A program made the position numbers and the translations under genes. From Octopus vulgaris (Eukaryota), in the NCBI GenBank assembly GCA_951406725.2, contig OX597819.1, positions 6,138,001-6,202,000 of the forward strand: a stretch of DNA of 64,000 nucleotides, given 5' to 3'. Position 1 is the first letter of the stretch. Every line of letters begins with the position of its first letter. Positions 14,265 through 26,579 of this stretch are shown here, in pieces. The notes beneath the pieces were generated by a model. The model was not told the origin of the DNA, did no database searches, and saw only the letters and a program-made list of their open reading frames with translations.

Positions 14265-16419
14265 GGCATACACAATCTTGCGCTACATGCACACGAACTA
14301 TTATTAAAGATACGCAGATTCATAAAAATAAATTTATGAATGTTTGATGAAAATTGCGTGAGAATTTCACAGATTATGACATAAAGTGTACCAAGTTTAT
14401 GTTCCCATTTCGATTTTAGATTGTAAAATTTAAATTATCTTACATTGTAAATCAGTGGGCCCATGCATCGTAAGTAGCTGGTTAGGGACTGTCATCTGCT
14501 GTCTAAATTATATTGGATATAATGAAGTAAGTAATTAGGTACTTAATATGGTAAGTATAATAATTCAATCTGTCGAGATTATATCTGTATCGAAGAGATG
14601 TAAACATTGATGAATAATGCTTAATCTAATGGGAAAAAGGGTGGGGCACAACTGAAATAAAATGTGGTCGAACACGCCGAAGTCCTGATTCAATAACCTG
14701 GAATCAAGCAAGGAGGTAGGTGTAAGAACAGACTGATGTTTGGCAAACACTGACAAACACGGATATAATTCGTTTCTCAGCGACGAATAATGGAATATAA
14801 TGCATAGAACTAAAATCGTAGCTATTTTTCTATCTACTTAATTTGTGCTGCTTTTTTTGTGACGATTGGGTTGGTAAATATGTACTTCTTTAGAAATGTT
14901 TTTAAAGTTTATTACTATAAACGTTTATGTTGACGATTCAGCGCAAACTATAAATATTGTTCGATTGTCTCAGCATGTTGTAGTGGCTCTGGATTTTGAA
15001 ATATAGGAAATTCTACGTGTGTTGCATTGCAGTATTTTAATAACAAAATGGTTTTGTAAAATGTATGAAATACAAAATTATAAATAAACAAAGAGAAGAA
15101 TCGGATAATTGATTAATGCTATCCTGCTTAGTACAGCAACTAGAATGTAGAATCGCTACGCTTATATTATGAAAAATAATAATAAATGACTTTTGAAGAA
15201 TTTATCGAAAAAACTACGTAAAGGAATCATTGGAGTAAAACAACACGTGACTAATGCAAGAATTATTCTAACTTAATCATTATAAACTTGGATCAGTGGT
15301 TTGCTTGTTTCCATGTAAATGTTTACTTATCAGTGGGGCCAGGTAAACCATTATTCTTAATAGGTTATGCATTACTAAGAAATATATTTAACTGCACTTG
15401 GAGTAGTTCAGTATATTAACATGTTTAAGTCGATGGTTTAGGAATAATGAGACAAAATACTGTTTGGCCAAATCGGTTGTCTGAGTTACAATTCCTTTTT
15501 GAAGTTATTACACTGACTTTGTGAAGAATGTATACGAGAATAGCGTTGTCAATGACGTCTCTCAAAAGTATTTTGATATCAATGGTTTTTCTTATTGCAG
15601 CACTATGTTGCAATTACCAGGTATTTGTCAAACTCCTATAACTAAGAACTATAAGTTCACCTAGCTGTGCTTACTTGGAAGGGAACTGAATACGGTTAAT
15701 TTGTAAAACTTTCAACAGTAATAGTTTTTAACAAGTTTATTGCATGGAACATTAAACAATTAATTACAAATATGCTATAAATAATAAATTATGCTGCTCC
15801 GTGGTCAATGTTATATATTTTTTCCTGCCAAGTACGAAACCTAACTGTTTTGGTCCAATTCTGACCCAATTAGCGAAACACATCCATCGTTGTACAACTC
15901 AGCTTTATTACGTCGAATTGCAGTAGATACATTCTATGAAAGCAAGTCAGACGAATTGAGTCTCTATGATCGGTGCTTATTGTGTCCATACATAAAACAA
16001 TAATACCCCACACGGCATATTTTTAGTGGGATACTGTTTTCAAAATATTGAATGATTTGGCTAGTCAAATTGGCTAGTCAGTTTCATTCAGTTGGCTAGT
16101 CAGTTTCATTCTCGGTTAAAAATATCTAAGTGGTATTCGAGAACTTACACTTTGAGAAAGTCCAGTCTTCCATTCCTTGCTCATACGTTATACCGATCTA
16201 GCGGCATGCTCCCTAAGTTGGTTTTTGAAGCAGCGTACACGGCGGATTTGTAATTGCGATAGATGGCAAGGGCGGTGGATTGGTACAAATAGTAGTTTGA
16301 CGATGTAGTGGACTTGCAAGTGCAGTAGTTTGATAAGTGTACTTGATTGACAGAGATTATAGATTAGCAATATGAGTGGCGGGATGTGGAAAATTTCTTG
16401 AGGTATATCACTTTAGATT

Positions 16420-16560
16420 CTTAGTTTAAATCTTGCCGAGGACCACTTTGCTTTTCTTTCTTCCGGGGTTAATAAAGATTACCAGCCAAATGCTGGGTTG
16501 GCGTAATCACCTGCAACCCTACCAATCTTCACAAAGTTCTGATCTTATGCTTAAGTTATG
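16420..16560 (+). mobile_element. degraded SINE C remnant
   Basis: AAATCTTGCCGAGGACCACTTTGCTTTTCTTTCTTCCGGGG resembles the SINE C central domain. Confidence 0.55.
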
Positions 16561-17242
16561 ATAATACATTTAGATGTCATTTACATATCACCAGTGGCTT
16601 CTGAAACAGTATTCACATCATTATTCAAGATTAACTATGTGTCAATCAATGACAAATTGCTACTAATGGAGCAATCAAATTATATTAGAAATATTCTACA
16701 TAATGCATGTATTATGTTGCATAACAGACTTCTAAAGAGACCTGCCAACTTGTAACATATATGCTAAGAGAAACATTTAATAGTGTCGAGCCCTTAAGTA
16801 GCCGAAATCCAAATTATCACACACAAACATACACATACACAAACACGTATCAGTGACAATAATTTAAAAGGATAATAATTGCTGATTTGGCAGAAATGGT
16901 TCTAGATGTTCTCAGCATTCTTTCCATACAGGCAGTGCTGGTAAGTTATTTCCCGTTAATAAACTGAGCTTTCAATGTTCTTTTATGTCCAGTCTAAAGG
17001 TGTCAATAATTTATTTTGAAAAGTCAGTGCAATGGAGGTGATGTTTAATTTCTTCCACAATACTAAGGGACAGTTTAACTATAAATATCTCTGCGGTGCT
17101 TCACCGAAGTAGGGGACATATTTAAATCTATTCGTTTCCTTTATAATTGATGGTGATAATTTGATAATTTTTAAGAGCTCCATAAATTTTCCAACCCTCA
17201 GAACTGCTTCGCTTCATAGATGGTTTGGATTATCACAGAACT

Positions 17243-17328
17243 GTCTGCCTGCTTGCTTGCCTGTCTGCCAGCCTACCTACCTACCTGCCTATCTACCTAC
17301 CTACCTACCTACTTACCTACCTACCTAC

Positions 17329-17361
<33 letters not shown>

Positions 17362-17430
17362 AACCTACCTACCTGCCTGCTAGCTTGCTTGCTTGCCTGT
17401 CTGCCTGCCTGACTACCTACCTGCCGACCT
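17243..17430. repeat. compound tetranucleotide microsatellite (GCCT/CTAC/CTAT/GCTT)
   Basis: direct reading. Confidence 0.9.
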
Positions 17431-18734
17431 ACCGACTTACATATCTATGTTTTTTTAGAAATCAGCTACCACCTCAAATGTTAGTCTTAATAAATTAACA
17501 AATACGTGGTATGAACCATATTTTTCATAAATTATTTGCAACCAAGAATTCCTCCGACATCTCAACAAGTACTGAATTAGATCCTTGGGTCTGTCGGTAA
17601 GCAGCAATTGATCGCCTTGATCCGAATGAATAAACTCCATAAATTAAAAAAAAGGTGAAATAAAAATATTAGCTCTTTACACCTATTCATATAGCTATAA
17701 AACTAATAATACGTGGAAAATTAATATTAGTAAAAAGAAAACTGTAATCAGAAAGTATAGAGAAATCTCCAATGTACATAGATTCCATCCTTTAGATATA
17801 TTGAACAAAAGTCTGAAGGGCAATAACCATTACATGCTATAAAATGGCATTTCAAGACATTCAAAATATGAGGCAATAAATCGCACCATAAAATATTTTA
17901 AAAGACTAAAATAAAGATAACTTAAATGGATTATCTTCGTTTTTCTACCTTTTTTTATTTATGTTAAAAGCCTTTTAATTCCCCATATCTATTCATTTAT
18001 AAATTGATGATACATTCATGAATGCTATACACTTGAAGAGGCAAAAATGCATGTGCATTCACACATACACAAGTACAGATGTGAGTGCATGGACATGCGT
18101 GCGCGTATGTATGTACTTACGTAAGTGTAAGACGAGAAAATAATGTGAGCTTTAAAAAAACCCAAATTAGTAGTAAAATACGAGAAGGTAGGGAAATATT
18201 TACGGTTGTCTTAAAGATATTATCATAAAGAAGTAAAGGAACTTTTAAATGGAAACCGGAGAAGATAACTAATAAAAATAAAGGAGCAAAAATTTAGGTA
18301 TCGATGCAACTTCAGAATCGACAATCAAAAATATTGGTTTGATATATAGCTGTAAAGGAGCTGTGGAGAAAAATAAGCGTGTAAGCGTCGTCTAAGGCCA
18401 TTTTTCCATGTATACATACGTAGGCCTATACAACTGAAAAAAAAGTTCACTTTGACAATATTTTCAAGTATTTGTAAAACGTAATTTAACATTTATGAAT
18501 AATTACAAGCAACAAAATTAGCTATAAAAATATTTAGAATATTTATGTGGACAATGTGATGTGTAAGAGTGAAATGAACTGGAAGAAATTGCCGAATAGA
18601 TGACATCAATAGAAACATACTATTCTATTAACCAGGGTAAAAACGTAAAGGGTGCTATATTGGAACGTGTGTAAACTAAATGAGTAGAGAGATTTGGGAT
18701 TGCTCGATCGATAAGTAGTTATGGATGTGTGTAC

Positions 18735-19267
<533 letters not shown>

Positions 19268-20197
19268 GCGTGTGTGTTTTTTTTGAGAAACTTCAAAATT
19301 GTTAATTTCTTATCTACAATGAATAAATTTTAACTCCTCTATTTGTAACACGTATTTCAGTTAATGTTTAATTTGGTTTTGATATATTTCTCTATAAATT
19401 TTATAAATCTTGTAAGTCGATACATTAAAATTATATATAAATGGCGGTGTCCCAGCATCGCCACAGCTCGTGAGCTGAAACTAGATAAATTAAAAAAAGA
19501 ATATATACAAATACTTACATACGTTGATGAACGTATTCATATCTATATTGGTATATACATTTATATATCTCAATGAAGCAGATATATGTATATATACACT
19601 TCCATTTTTTCTTATGCATATACGTATTGATATATATAGATATATATGTATCCCATTATAAAGAGAGTTATTGATATATACTGATAAAATGTTAACGCAA
19701 TGTTGATAAAACAAATAATGTTGAAAGGTAAAAGAAAAATTTCTCACTGAAAGAGGAGAAGCAGAAATAAATAATAAAAGTTAAAAGTAGTAATGGAAAT
19801 ATTGGGAGATATTGGGAGAAAAACGACAGGAGTTTAAACAGTTGAGAAATAGGAATACATAAGTAATATCTATATGTGTTTAGAGAGAATGGGAGACATG
19901 ACAAAAAGGAGTTAAGATCCAAGAAAAAATATATACTTAGAGACAGTCGAACGGGAGTACAGTGTGCGCGCGTGCCCACACACACACACACGTATACATA
20001 TATACACAGCATGTGTGCGTGTGTGTGTGTTTAGAGAGGGAAGCATAGATACCATTCGTTATTATTGTTCATACATAGATGAAAGAAATGAAACTCCGTA
20101 CAAGTCTCACCAATAATATTTGGTGCTAATATTTGCATCAAGTTATCAATCTATGAAGGATACGTAGTAGTGGCTGTGTGGTAAGTAGCTTGCTAAC

Positions 20198-22311
20198 GCA
20201 CATGCGCAATTAGTCAGCTGCTTCCTGTTCAGCCAGAGTGGACGCGAGTCAATCAGCTCTGTCCAATTAAAGAAAAAAAACCAAAAACGGAAAGTTGTCG
20301 TGGTAAGTGATTTTGTTTATTGTGAGTTGGGCATAATTTATTGCGTGCCAATTATTATTTCAGTAGGTTGTGTCCAACTCTGAGGCAATTTCGCCTGCTC
20401 TCGGCGGCTGCCGTTTTTGTGCTCATTGAAAAAAAAAAGAAAAAACAGTGGAGGGGCGTATCCTCAGAATTCAATACAGTTACTGTTAAAATTACTGTTG
20501 GCGGTAGCCAGTGCTGTGTTTGGGTTTGTTGAATTTATTCCCTTGTCAGAGTACTTCGCATGAAAATTATAAAAATAAGCCACTATTGGATTACCTTTCG
20601 GACCCATTTTTGTGGAGGTTGTGTTGCAGTTGCGGCGTTCCAGGTTCAACCCAGGCCGGGAGTACCGCAAGGCCAGAATATTTTTGCTGTGGTTTTTCTG
20701 TTTATTAACTTTCTTTTGAACTTGATTTAACCCCCCCTTTTGTTTTTTTTCTTTATTGCGACTTTCCGTTAATTTCTTCCCTTCTGTTGTGCTTTCTCCT
20801 TTTTGTTTTTTCAAAAATCTATCAATTTTATTTGGACTTTTGAACTTTTTCTTCCTGCTTTTGAGTTTAATTTGAATATATTTAAAAAAAAACATGGCAA
20901 TGAAAAATAACAAAATTTTGGAATGGGAAATCATACCACCTAAAAAATGGTTAAAAGACCGTGAAGATAGGACGGTGGTGTTGAGAACCTACTCCAAGGC
21001 ACTTGACACCATCGCCCTATTCGAAAAGACGGCAATTGAAAAGGAGTTGGAAGAGTATTTGCCAAAAATTAAATTCATTTCCAGGGGTGTCAAATATGCA
21101 ACGGTGTGGTTGCTATTTGACACCCCTGAAGAGGCTTGCAAATTTGCTAGCAAACCCTTGGAGGGTAAGGAAATCTTATTCCTGCCCACGTACAAAAAAA
21201 AGAAATTGATGAAAGCTTGGATCTGCGGACTGCCACCCGACATAGAACCCGAGTGGATAGAGGAGACTATCCGCTTGGGTTGGGTCAAAAGCAATTTTGA
21301 CCCTGTGGACCCAATCAGCCAATCTGGTTCTTCCAGATTTTTTGAAAATGACCGGGTGCAGGTACCCGGTGATGCTTGAGGGTCGCCCCCCTAAGTGTCA
21401 TCGGTGCTTGGAGTCCGGCCACATAAAGAAGAACTGTCCTCGGGAACAAAATAGGATCCCGGAATAGTTAAGTAAAACCCCTCTAGAAGAGGGAACGATA
21501 ACGGCCGAGAAAGCAGAGGACTCCTCAAACAGAGGCCGAAAGAGGAAGGTGAGCAACAATGGATGCTCACCAAAGGATAATAGGGATGAGGAGAGGAAGG
21601 CGAATCTTCCAGCCACGGAGGAGACGCACCCTCCCTCAGTTGAAAAGGGAAAAAAAAGAAAAAGAGGAAGAAAAACGGGACATTACCGGCTGTCAGTGTA
21701 GCACCGGAATGTCGCGGAACTACGTCGGTTGGGGTTGTGCCACCGACAAGAGAAAGAATACCGTTGGCGGAAACTGTGCCGCCAACGAAAGAACTGAATG
21801 TATTGGTCCTCTTCTATAGAGGAGGAGAAATTGAAAAAGTGATGGAAGAGCACTACAAGGGAGCACCTTTAGCCTTCACAGAGGACCCCGAATGGCCTCC
21901 GCAGGTAGCTGTGGAGGCCGTGGCGTTCGACATGACGCTAGGGCTAAAGGAGCTCAATGAAGATTATAACTTGGTCCTGGGCGACGCGAACTCGGAACTT
22001 GACTACGTTCTGAGGGAGGCGTGGTTGATGGTGGAGGGCGCGGGCACAAGCTATTTCGAGGACGATATGTATTATTAGTAATGGACTTAAGTCCCCAAAT
22101 TGTAAAAATTGTAAGAGGTTTAATACCTCGTTTTGTGTTTATCTTTTTAAAAAGAACAATGTGTTAGAGAAGCAAAAGTCGGCGGGCGCTTTCTGTCTTC
22201 TCCCATCCTTATCATCTTTCTTTCATTATCATTCACCTCATTAATGTCCTCGTCCAGCCCGCAAAGCTAACTTAATCTGTGTACTGCCTGTATGGCAAAT
22301 GTTTTGAAATA
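20198..22311 (+). mobile_element. ORF1-only non-LTR retroelement (Tx1/L1-type gag-like, HAL1-like), non-autonomous
   Basis: 15-bp TSD AAGTAGCTTGCTAAC at 20183-20197 and 22312-22326; ends at AATAAA; single disrupted ORF; no APE or RT motifs. Confidence 0.8.
20894..22078 (+). pseudogene. disrupted ~390-aa ORF1/gag-like nucleic-acid-binding protein
   Basis: 161-aa ORF with RRM-like WICGLPPDIEPEWI; frameshift near 21365 into GRPPKCHRCLESGHIKKNCP (CX2CX4HX4C, 21396-21437); TAG at 21465; second frameshift near 21645 into KGKKKKKRKK..., continuing to the 21737-22078 ORF. Confidence 0.78.
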
Positions 22312-22462
22312 AAGTAGCTTGCTAACCAACCACATGGTTCCGGGTTCAGTCCCACTGCGTGGCATCTTGGGCAAGTGTCTTCTGCTATAGCCCCGGGCCG
22401 ACCAATGCCTTGTGAGTGGATTTGGTAGACGGAAACTGAAATAAGCTCGTCGTATATATATT

Positions 22463-22694
22463 AGGCGGCGAGCTGGCAGAAACGTTAGCACGCCGGGTGA
22501 AATGCGTAGCCGTATTTCGTCTGCCGTTACGTTCTGAGTTCAAATTCCGCCGAGGTCGACTTTGCCTTTCATCCTTTCGGGGTCGATGAAATAAGTACCA
22601 GTTACGCACTGGGGTCGATATAATCGACTTAATCCGTTTGTCTGTCCTTGTTTGTCCCCTCTGTGTTTAGCCCCTTGTGGGTAGTAAAGAAATA
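22463..22694 (+). mobile_element. SINE family C nested in the internal (AT)n of SINE B
   Basis: GGCGGCGAGCTGGCAGAA head to GTAAAGAAATA tail; SINE B continues on both sides. Confidence 0.9.
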
Positions 22695-23126
22695 TATATG
22701 TATATATATATATATGTGTGTATGTGTATGTGTTTGTGTGTCTGTGTTTGTCCCCCTAGCATTGCTTGACAACCGATGCTGGTGTGTTTACGTCCCCGTC
22801 ACTTAGCGGTTCGGCAAAAGAGACCGATAGAATAAGTACTGGGCTTACAAAGAATAAGTCCCGGGGTCGATTTGCTCGACTAAAGGCGGTGCTCCAGCAT
22901 GGCCGCAGTCAAATGACTGAAACAAGTAAAAGAGTAAAGAGAGAGTAATATGTTTTTTTCTATTTGGATTGAACCCTACTATGGGCACTGGGGATGTTAG
23001 ATCACCGCTTTCTAATAGCCATCGTGGTATACTATTTAAGTCACTGCTTTTACGCATCTCTTACGAATCCTTCTGTGAGATCAGGAATGGTTTTCTTGGA
23101 TTGTGAGGTTTCATTATGTATATATA

Positions 23127-23372
23127 TCTCTTTACTCTTTACTCTTTTACTTGTTTCAGTCATTTGACTGCGGCCATGCTGGAGCACCGCCTTTTTAGTC
23201 TAGCAAATCGACCTCAGGACTTATTCTTTTGTAAGCCTAGTACTTATTCTATCGGTCTCTTTTGCCAAACCGCTAAGTAACGGGGACGTAAACACACCAA
23301 CATCGGTTGTCAAGTGATGTTGGGGGGGGGGGACAAACACAGACACACAAACACACAAACACACACACACAC

Positions 23373-23412
<40 letters not shown>

Positions 23413-23575
23413 GACGGGCTTCTTTCAGTTTCCGTTTACCAAATCCACTCACAAAGCTTTGGTCGGCCCGAGGCTATGGTAGAAGACACTTGCCCAAGGT
23501 GCCACGCAGTGGGACTGAACCCAGAACCGTGTGATTGGTAAGCAAGCTACTTACCACACAGCCACTCCTGCGCCT
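23127..23575 (-). mobile_element. SINE family B
   Basis: full-length reverse copy. Confidence 0.9.
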
Positions 23576-23793
23576 ATATATATACAGTGCATTTCGTGGC
23601 ACCTGTTTCTCCTACCAGCCAGCAAAGGCGTCTAGTATGTAATGTGTAAAAACTTGGCTGGGCTTAAGGGTCATATAAGGGCATCATGTTGCATCAATAA
23701 TGAAGCATTCCAGTAAGTCTCCTTGGCAATGACTCTCTCGTGTAACGAGGTTGTAGTTATGATATATATAAATATATATATATATATGTTTAT

Positions 23794-23852
<59 letters not shown>

Positions 23853-23856
23853 TATA

Positions 23857-24145
23857 TCACCGTGATTGACCAGGCTATCAGATGTTGCTACACATTGCTG
23901 GTCACATTGCGCTTCGCATTGTTTTAGCCTTCAAATGACGCCACCCCGCTGGCTAAGCGAGCAGGCTAACAGAAGAAAGAGTGAGAGAAAGTTTGGGCGA
24001 AAGAGTACAGCAGGGATCGCCCCCCCCCCCTGCCGGAGCCTCGTGGAGCTTTAGGTGTTTTCGCTTAATAAACACTCACAACGCCCGGTCTAGAAATCGA
24101 AACCGCGAGTCCGCTGCCCTAACCACTGGGCCACTGCGTCTGCAC
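23857..24145 (-). mobile_element. SINE A2 (family A head and body with a different 3' tail, ~290 bp, OR2-like)
   Basis: shares the 5' half with SINE A; tail GCCTGCTCGCTTAGCCAGCGGGGTGGCGTC... also at 56891-57014. Confidence 0.85.
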
Positions 24146-24202
<57 letters not shown>

Positions 24203-24209
24203 CACGCAT

Positions 24210-24248
<39 letters not shown>

Positions 24249-24259
24249 CATAGACATAT

Positions 24260-24316
<57 letters not shown>

Positions 24317-24465
24317 GAGCACACGTTATACTTACATATACGAACGTCCAAATATACATATATATGCACGTATATACAAGGCCAGATTTAAATTGCCCGC
24401 CAACTACCTCGTAAACCCGATATGGTCAAAATAAACACCGCAGTGAATATAGTGACGAATTATAT

Positions 24466-24527
24466 AAATTTATAAATAAGGATAATATCGATATTTAAAT
24501 ATCGATATTATCCTTATTTATAAATTT
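24466..24527. repeat. 62-bp perfect spacerless palindrome
   Basis: 31-bp arms AAATTTATAAATAAGGATAATATCGATATTT | AAATATCGATATTATCCTTATTTATAAATTT. Confidence 0.95.
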
Positions 24528-24929
24528 CTATATATATATTAGCTATACTTATCTATTAGCTCGTAAATACAATTTTCATTGTATGTTCTTCGGATAGCTT
24601 TTAGATGACTGTGATGAAATTACTCTAAAATACCACTTAAATGTATTCTTTTTTGTGACTTCGTCTTCTACCCACACAAACAGGAACGGAGACGTACGGT
24701 AATTTATATCTACATGAAATTTTTTCTGAATTCGATAAATCACAATGTTTACGATATTTTTGCATATTTTTCAAGGTTTTTTTTTTTTGTAAGGCAGATG
24801 AAGTTAGAGAAAAAAAACATGTTGAAGTCGTTCTAAGAGTTCTAAGATTTTACACCAGTTATTCTTTTGTCAATTCACAACTTTTGAGCACTACCCGCAT
24901 CATGAATATACGCTCCACTTTAATATATA

Positions 24930-24956
24930 CTAGCTGGACCCGTGAAAAATTCACGG
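24930..24956 (-). mobile_element. Helitron-like 3' terminus
   Basis: minus strand CCGTGAA-TTT-TTCACGG hairpin followed by GTCCAG-CTAG|T; 5' end not located. Confidence 0.5.
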
Positions 24957-25029
24957 AAAACATGAAAAAGTGTAAGCATCTGTAAACAGTGTACTGGTAC
25001 CATAGGAAATATTTGTATATTATAACCGT

Positions 25030-25170
25030 CTGTCTTTACCTTCTGAGTTCAAATTCTGCCAAGATCGACTTTGCCTTTCGTCTTTCGGAGTCAATAAATT
25101 AAGTATCAGTTGTGAACTGGGGTCGATCTAATCAACTAACCCCAACTCCCGACAAACAAATTCAGGCCTA
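25030..25170 (+). mobile_element. degraded SINE C fragment
   Basis: TTCTGAGTTCAAATTCTGCC...GACTTTGCCTTTC...AAGTATCAG. Confidence 0.65.
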
Positions 25171-25218
25171 GAATAGTATATTGTGACAGTTATAGAATAT
25201 AGAAAGTAATGTTACACC

Positions 25219-25397
25219 AATGACGCCACCCCGCTGGCTAAGCGAGCAGGCTAACAGAAGAAAGAGTGAGAGAAAGTTTGGGCGAAAGAGTACAGCAGGG
25301 ATCGCCACCACCCCCTGCCGGAGCCTCGTGGAGCTTTAGGTGTTTTCGCTTAATAAACACTCACAACGCCCGGTCTAGAAATCGAAACCGCGAGTCC
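25219..25397 (-). mobile_element. internal fragment of SINE A2, near-identical to 23934-24112
   Basis: lacks both SINE ends; shares variants with the neighbouring copy. Confidence 0.85.
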
Positions 25398-25685
25398 AAC
25401 CAAAATATCTCAGTTACGCAAACGTAAACGGAATTACTATTTAACCTTAAAATACATCGCACATATTCAAAGAACTTTAACGTACAAATTGAAATGCAAA
25501 AGAAAGAAATAATAAATGGATTTAGAAATGAAAGATTGGTAATTACTATTATTTCCAGTACGTGACATTTATTATTGCAAACATGTTTTAACTAACCTAA
25601 ACTATACACACATACACGAATACATACATACATACATACATACATACATACATACACACACAGACACACACATATATGTCACGAG

Positions 25686-25812
25686 TTGTAGCTGTAATTC
25701 AAAAAGGGCCAGCCTTGTCATATTCTGTGTGAGGCTGAATCTCCCTGAGAACTACGTTAATGTTATGCATGTCTCTGGAGTACTCAGCCATTTGTGAGTT
25801 GATTTTATAAAC
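25686..25812 (+). mobile_element. old SINE A 3'-body fragment
   Basis: GGGCCAGCCTTGTCA...GAGAACTACGTTAA...GGAGTACTCAGCCA. Confidence 0.65.
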
Positions 25813-26170
25813 GTGTGGTAATGAAAAGTGAAATTAATATTCAATATTTGTTATGTGTATGTATCTGTGTATAAACTTTTCTTTGGATTTATGCATCTAC
25901 TGTCTCTCTCTCACCTCTCTTTCTGTTTCACTTTATGTCCCTCTTCTCTCCCGCTTTTGATTTAACAATGTGTATATGCATCTCTGTATATACTCTCTCT
26001 TTCTTCCCCACTCTCTCTCACTCTCCTTTTTTCTCTCTCTCTCTCTCATTGCCTCTCTGTCCTCTTCTCTCTCGCTTTGCCACTTCTTTGAAGTAAATGT
26101 GACGCACTCAACAAGTACGTGCAAAAACATAAAGGTAGCAAATTAATATTATTGATGATGATGATGATAT

Positions 26171-26378
26171 TCTTTTATTCATTTAGTTGTTTCAGTGATC
26201 TGACAGCGGCGATGCTGGAGCACCGCCTTTAGTCGAACAAACCGACGCCAGGACTTATACTTTGTAGACCTAGTACTTATTCTATCGATCAATTTTGCCG
26301 AACTGCTAAGATACAGGAATGTAGATTCATCAACATCGGTTGTCAAGGGATCATGAGGGGACAAATATAGGCACAAAC

Positions 26379-26456
<78 letters not shown>

Positions 26457-26543
26457 ACATCGGGCTTCTTTCAGTTTCCGTATAGAACCTGGAACCATGT
26501 GGTTAGGGAGCAAGCTTCTTACCATACAGCCACTCCTGCACCT
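26171..26543 (-). mobile_element. SINE family B with internal deletion
   Basis: TTTCAGTTTCCG joined directly to GAACCTGGAACC. Confidence 0.8.
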
Positions 26544-26579
26544 ACATATATGTGTGTATATATATATATATATATAAAA

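Larger units (their letters stand above)
20161..22947 (+). mobile_element. SINE family B split by two nested insertions (head 20161-20197; rest 22312-22462 and 22695-22947)
   Basis: head GTGGCTGTGTGGTAAGTAGCTTGCTAAC resumes at 22312 as AAGTAGCTTGCTAACCAACCACATGG. Confidence 0.88.

Noticed and set aside
16057-16111. Three copies of TTGGCTAGTCA
   Set aside because: Explained by small local tandem duplications; no evidence of function.
20655-20675. GGGAGTACCGCAAGGC resembling a 16S rRNA motif
   Set aside because: Too short, no flanking rRNA similarity, and inside the retroelement leader; likely chance.
20464-21294. Antisense ORFs (156 aa and 101 aa) over the ORF1-only element
   Set aside because: The Lys-rich frame comes from T-runs of the leader and the other is the shadow of the sense ORF; no motifs.
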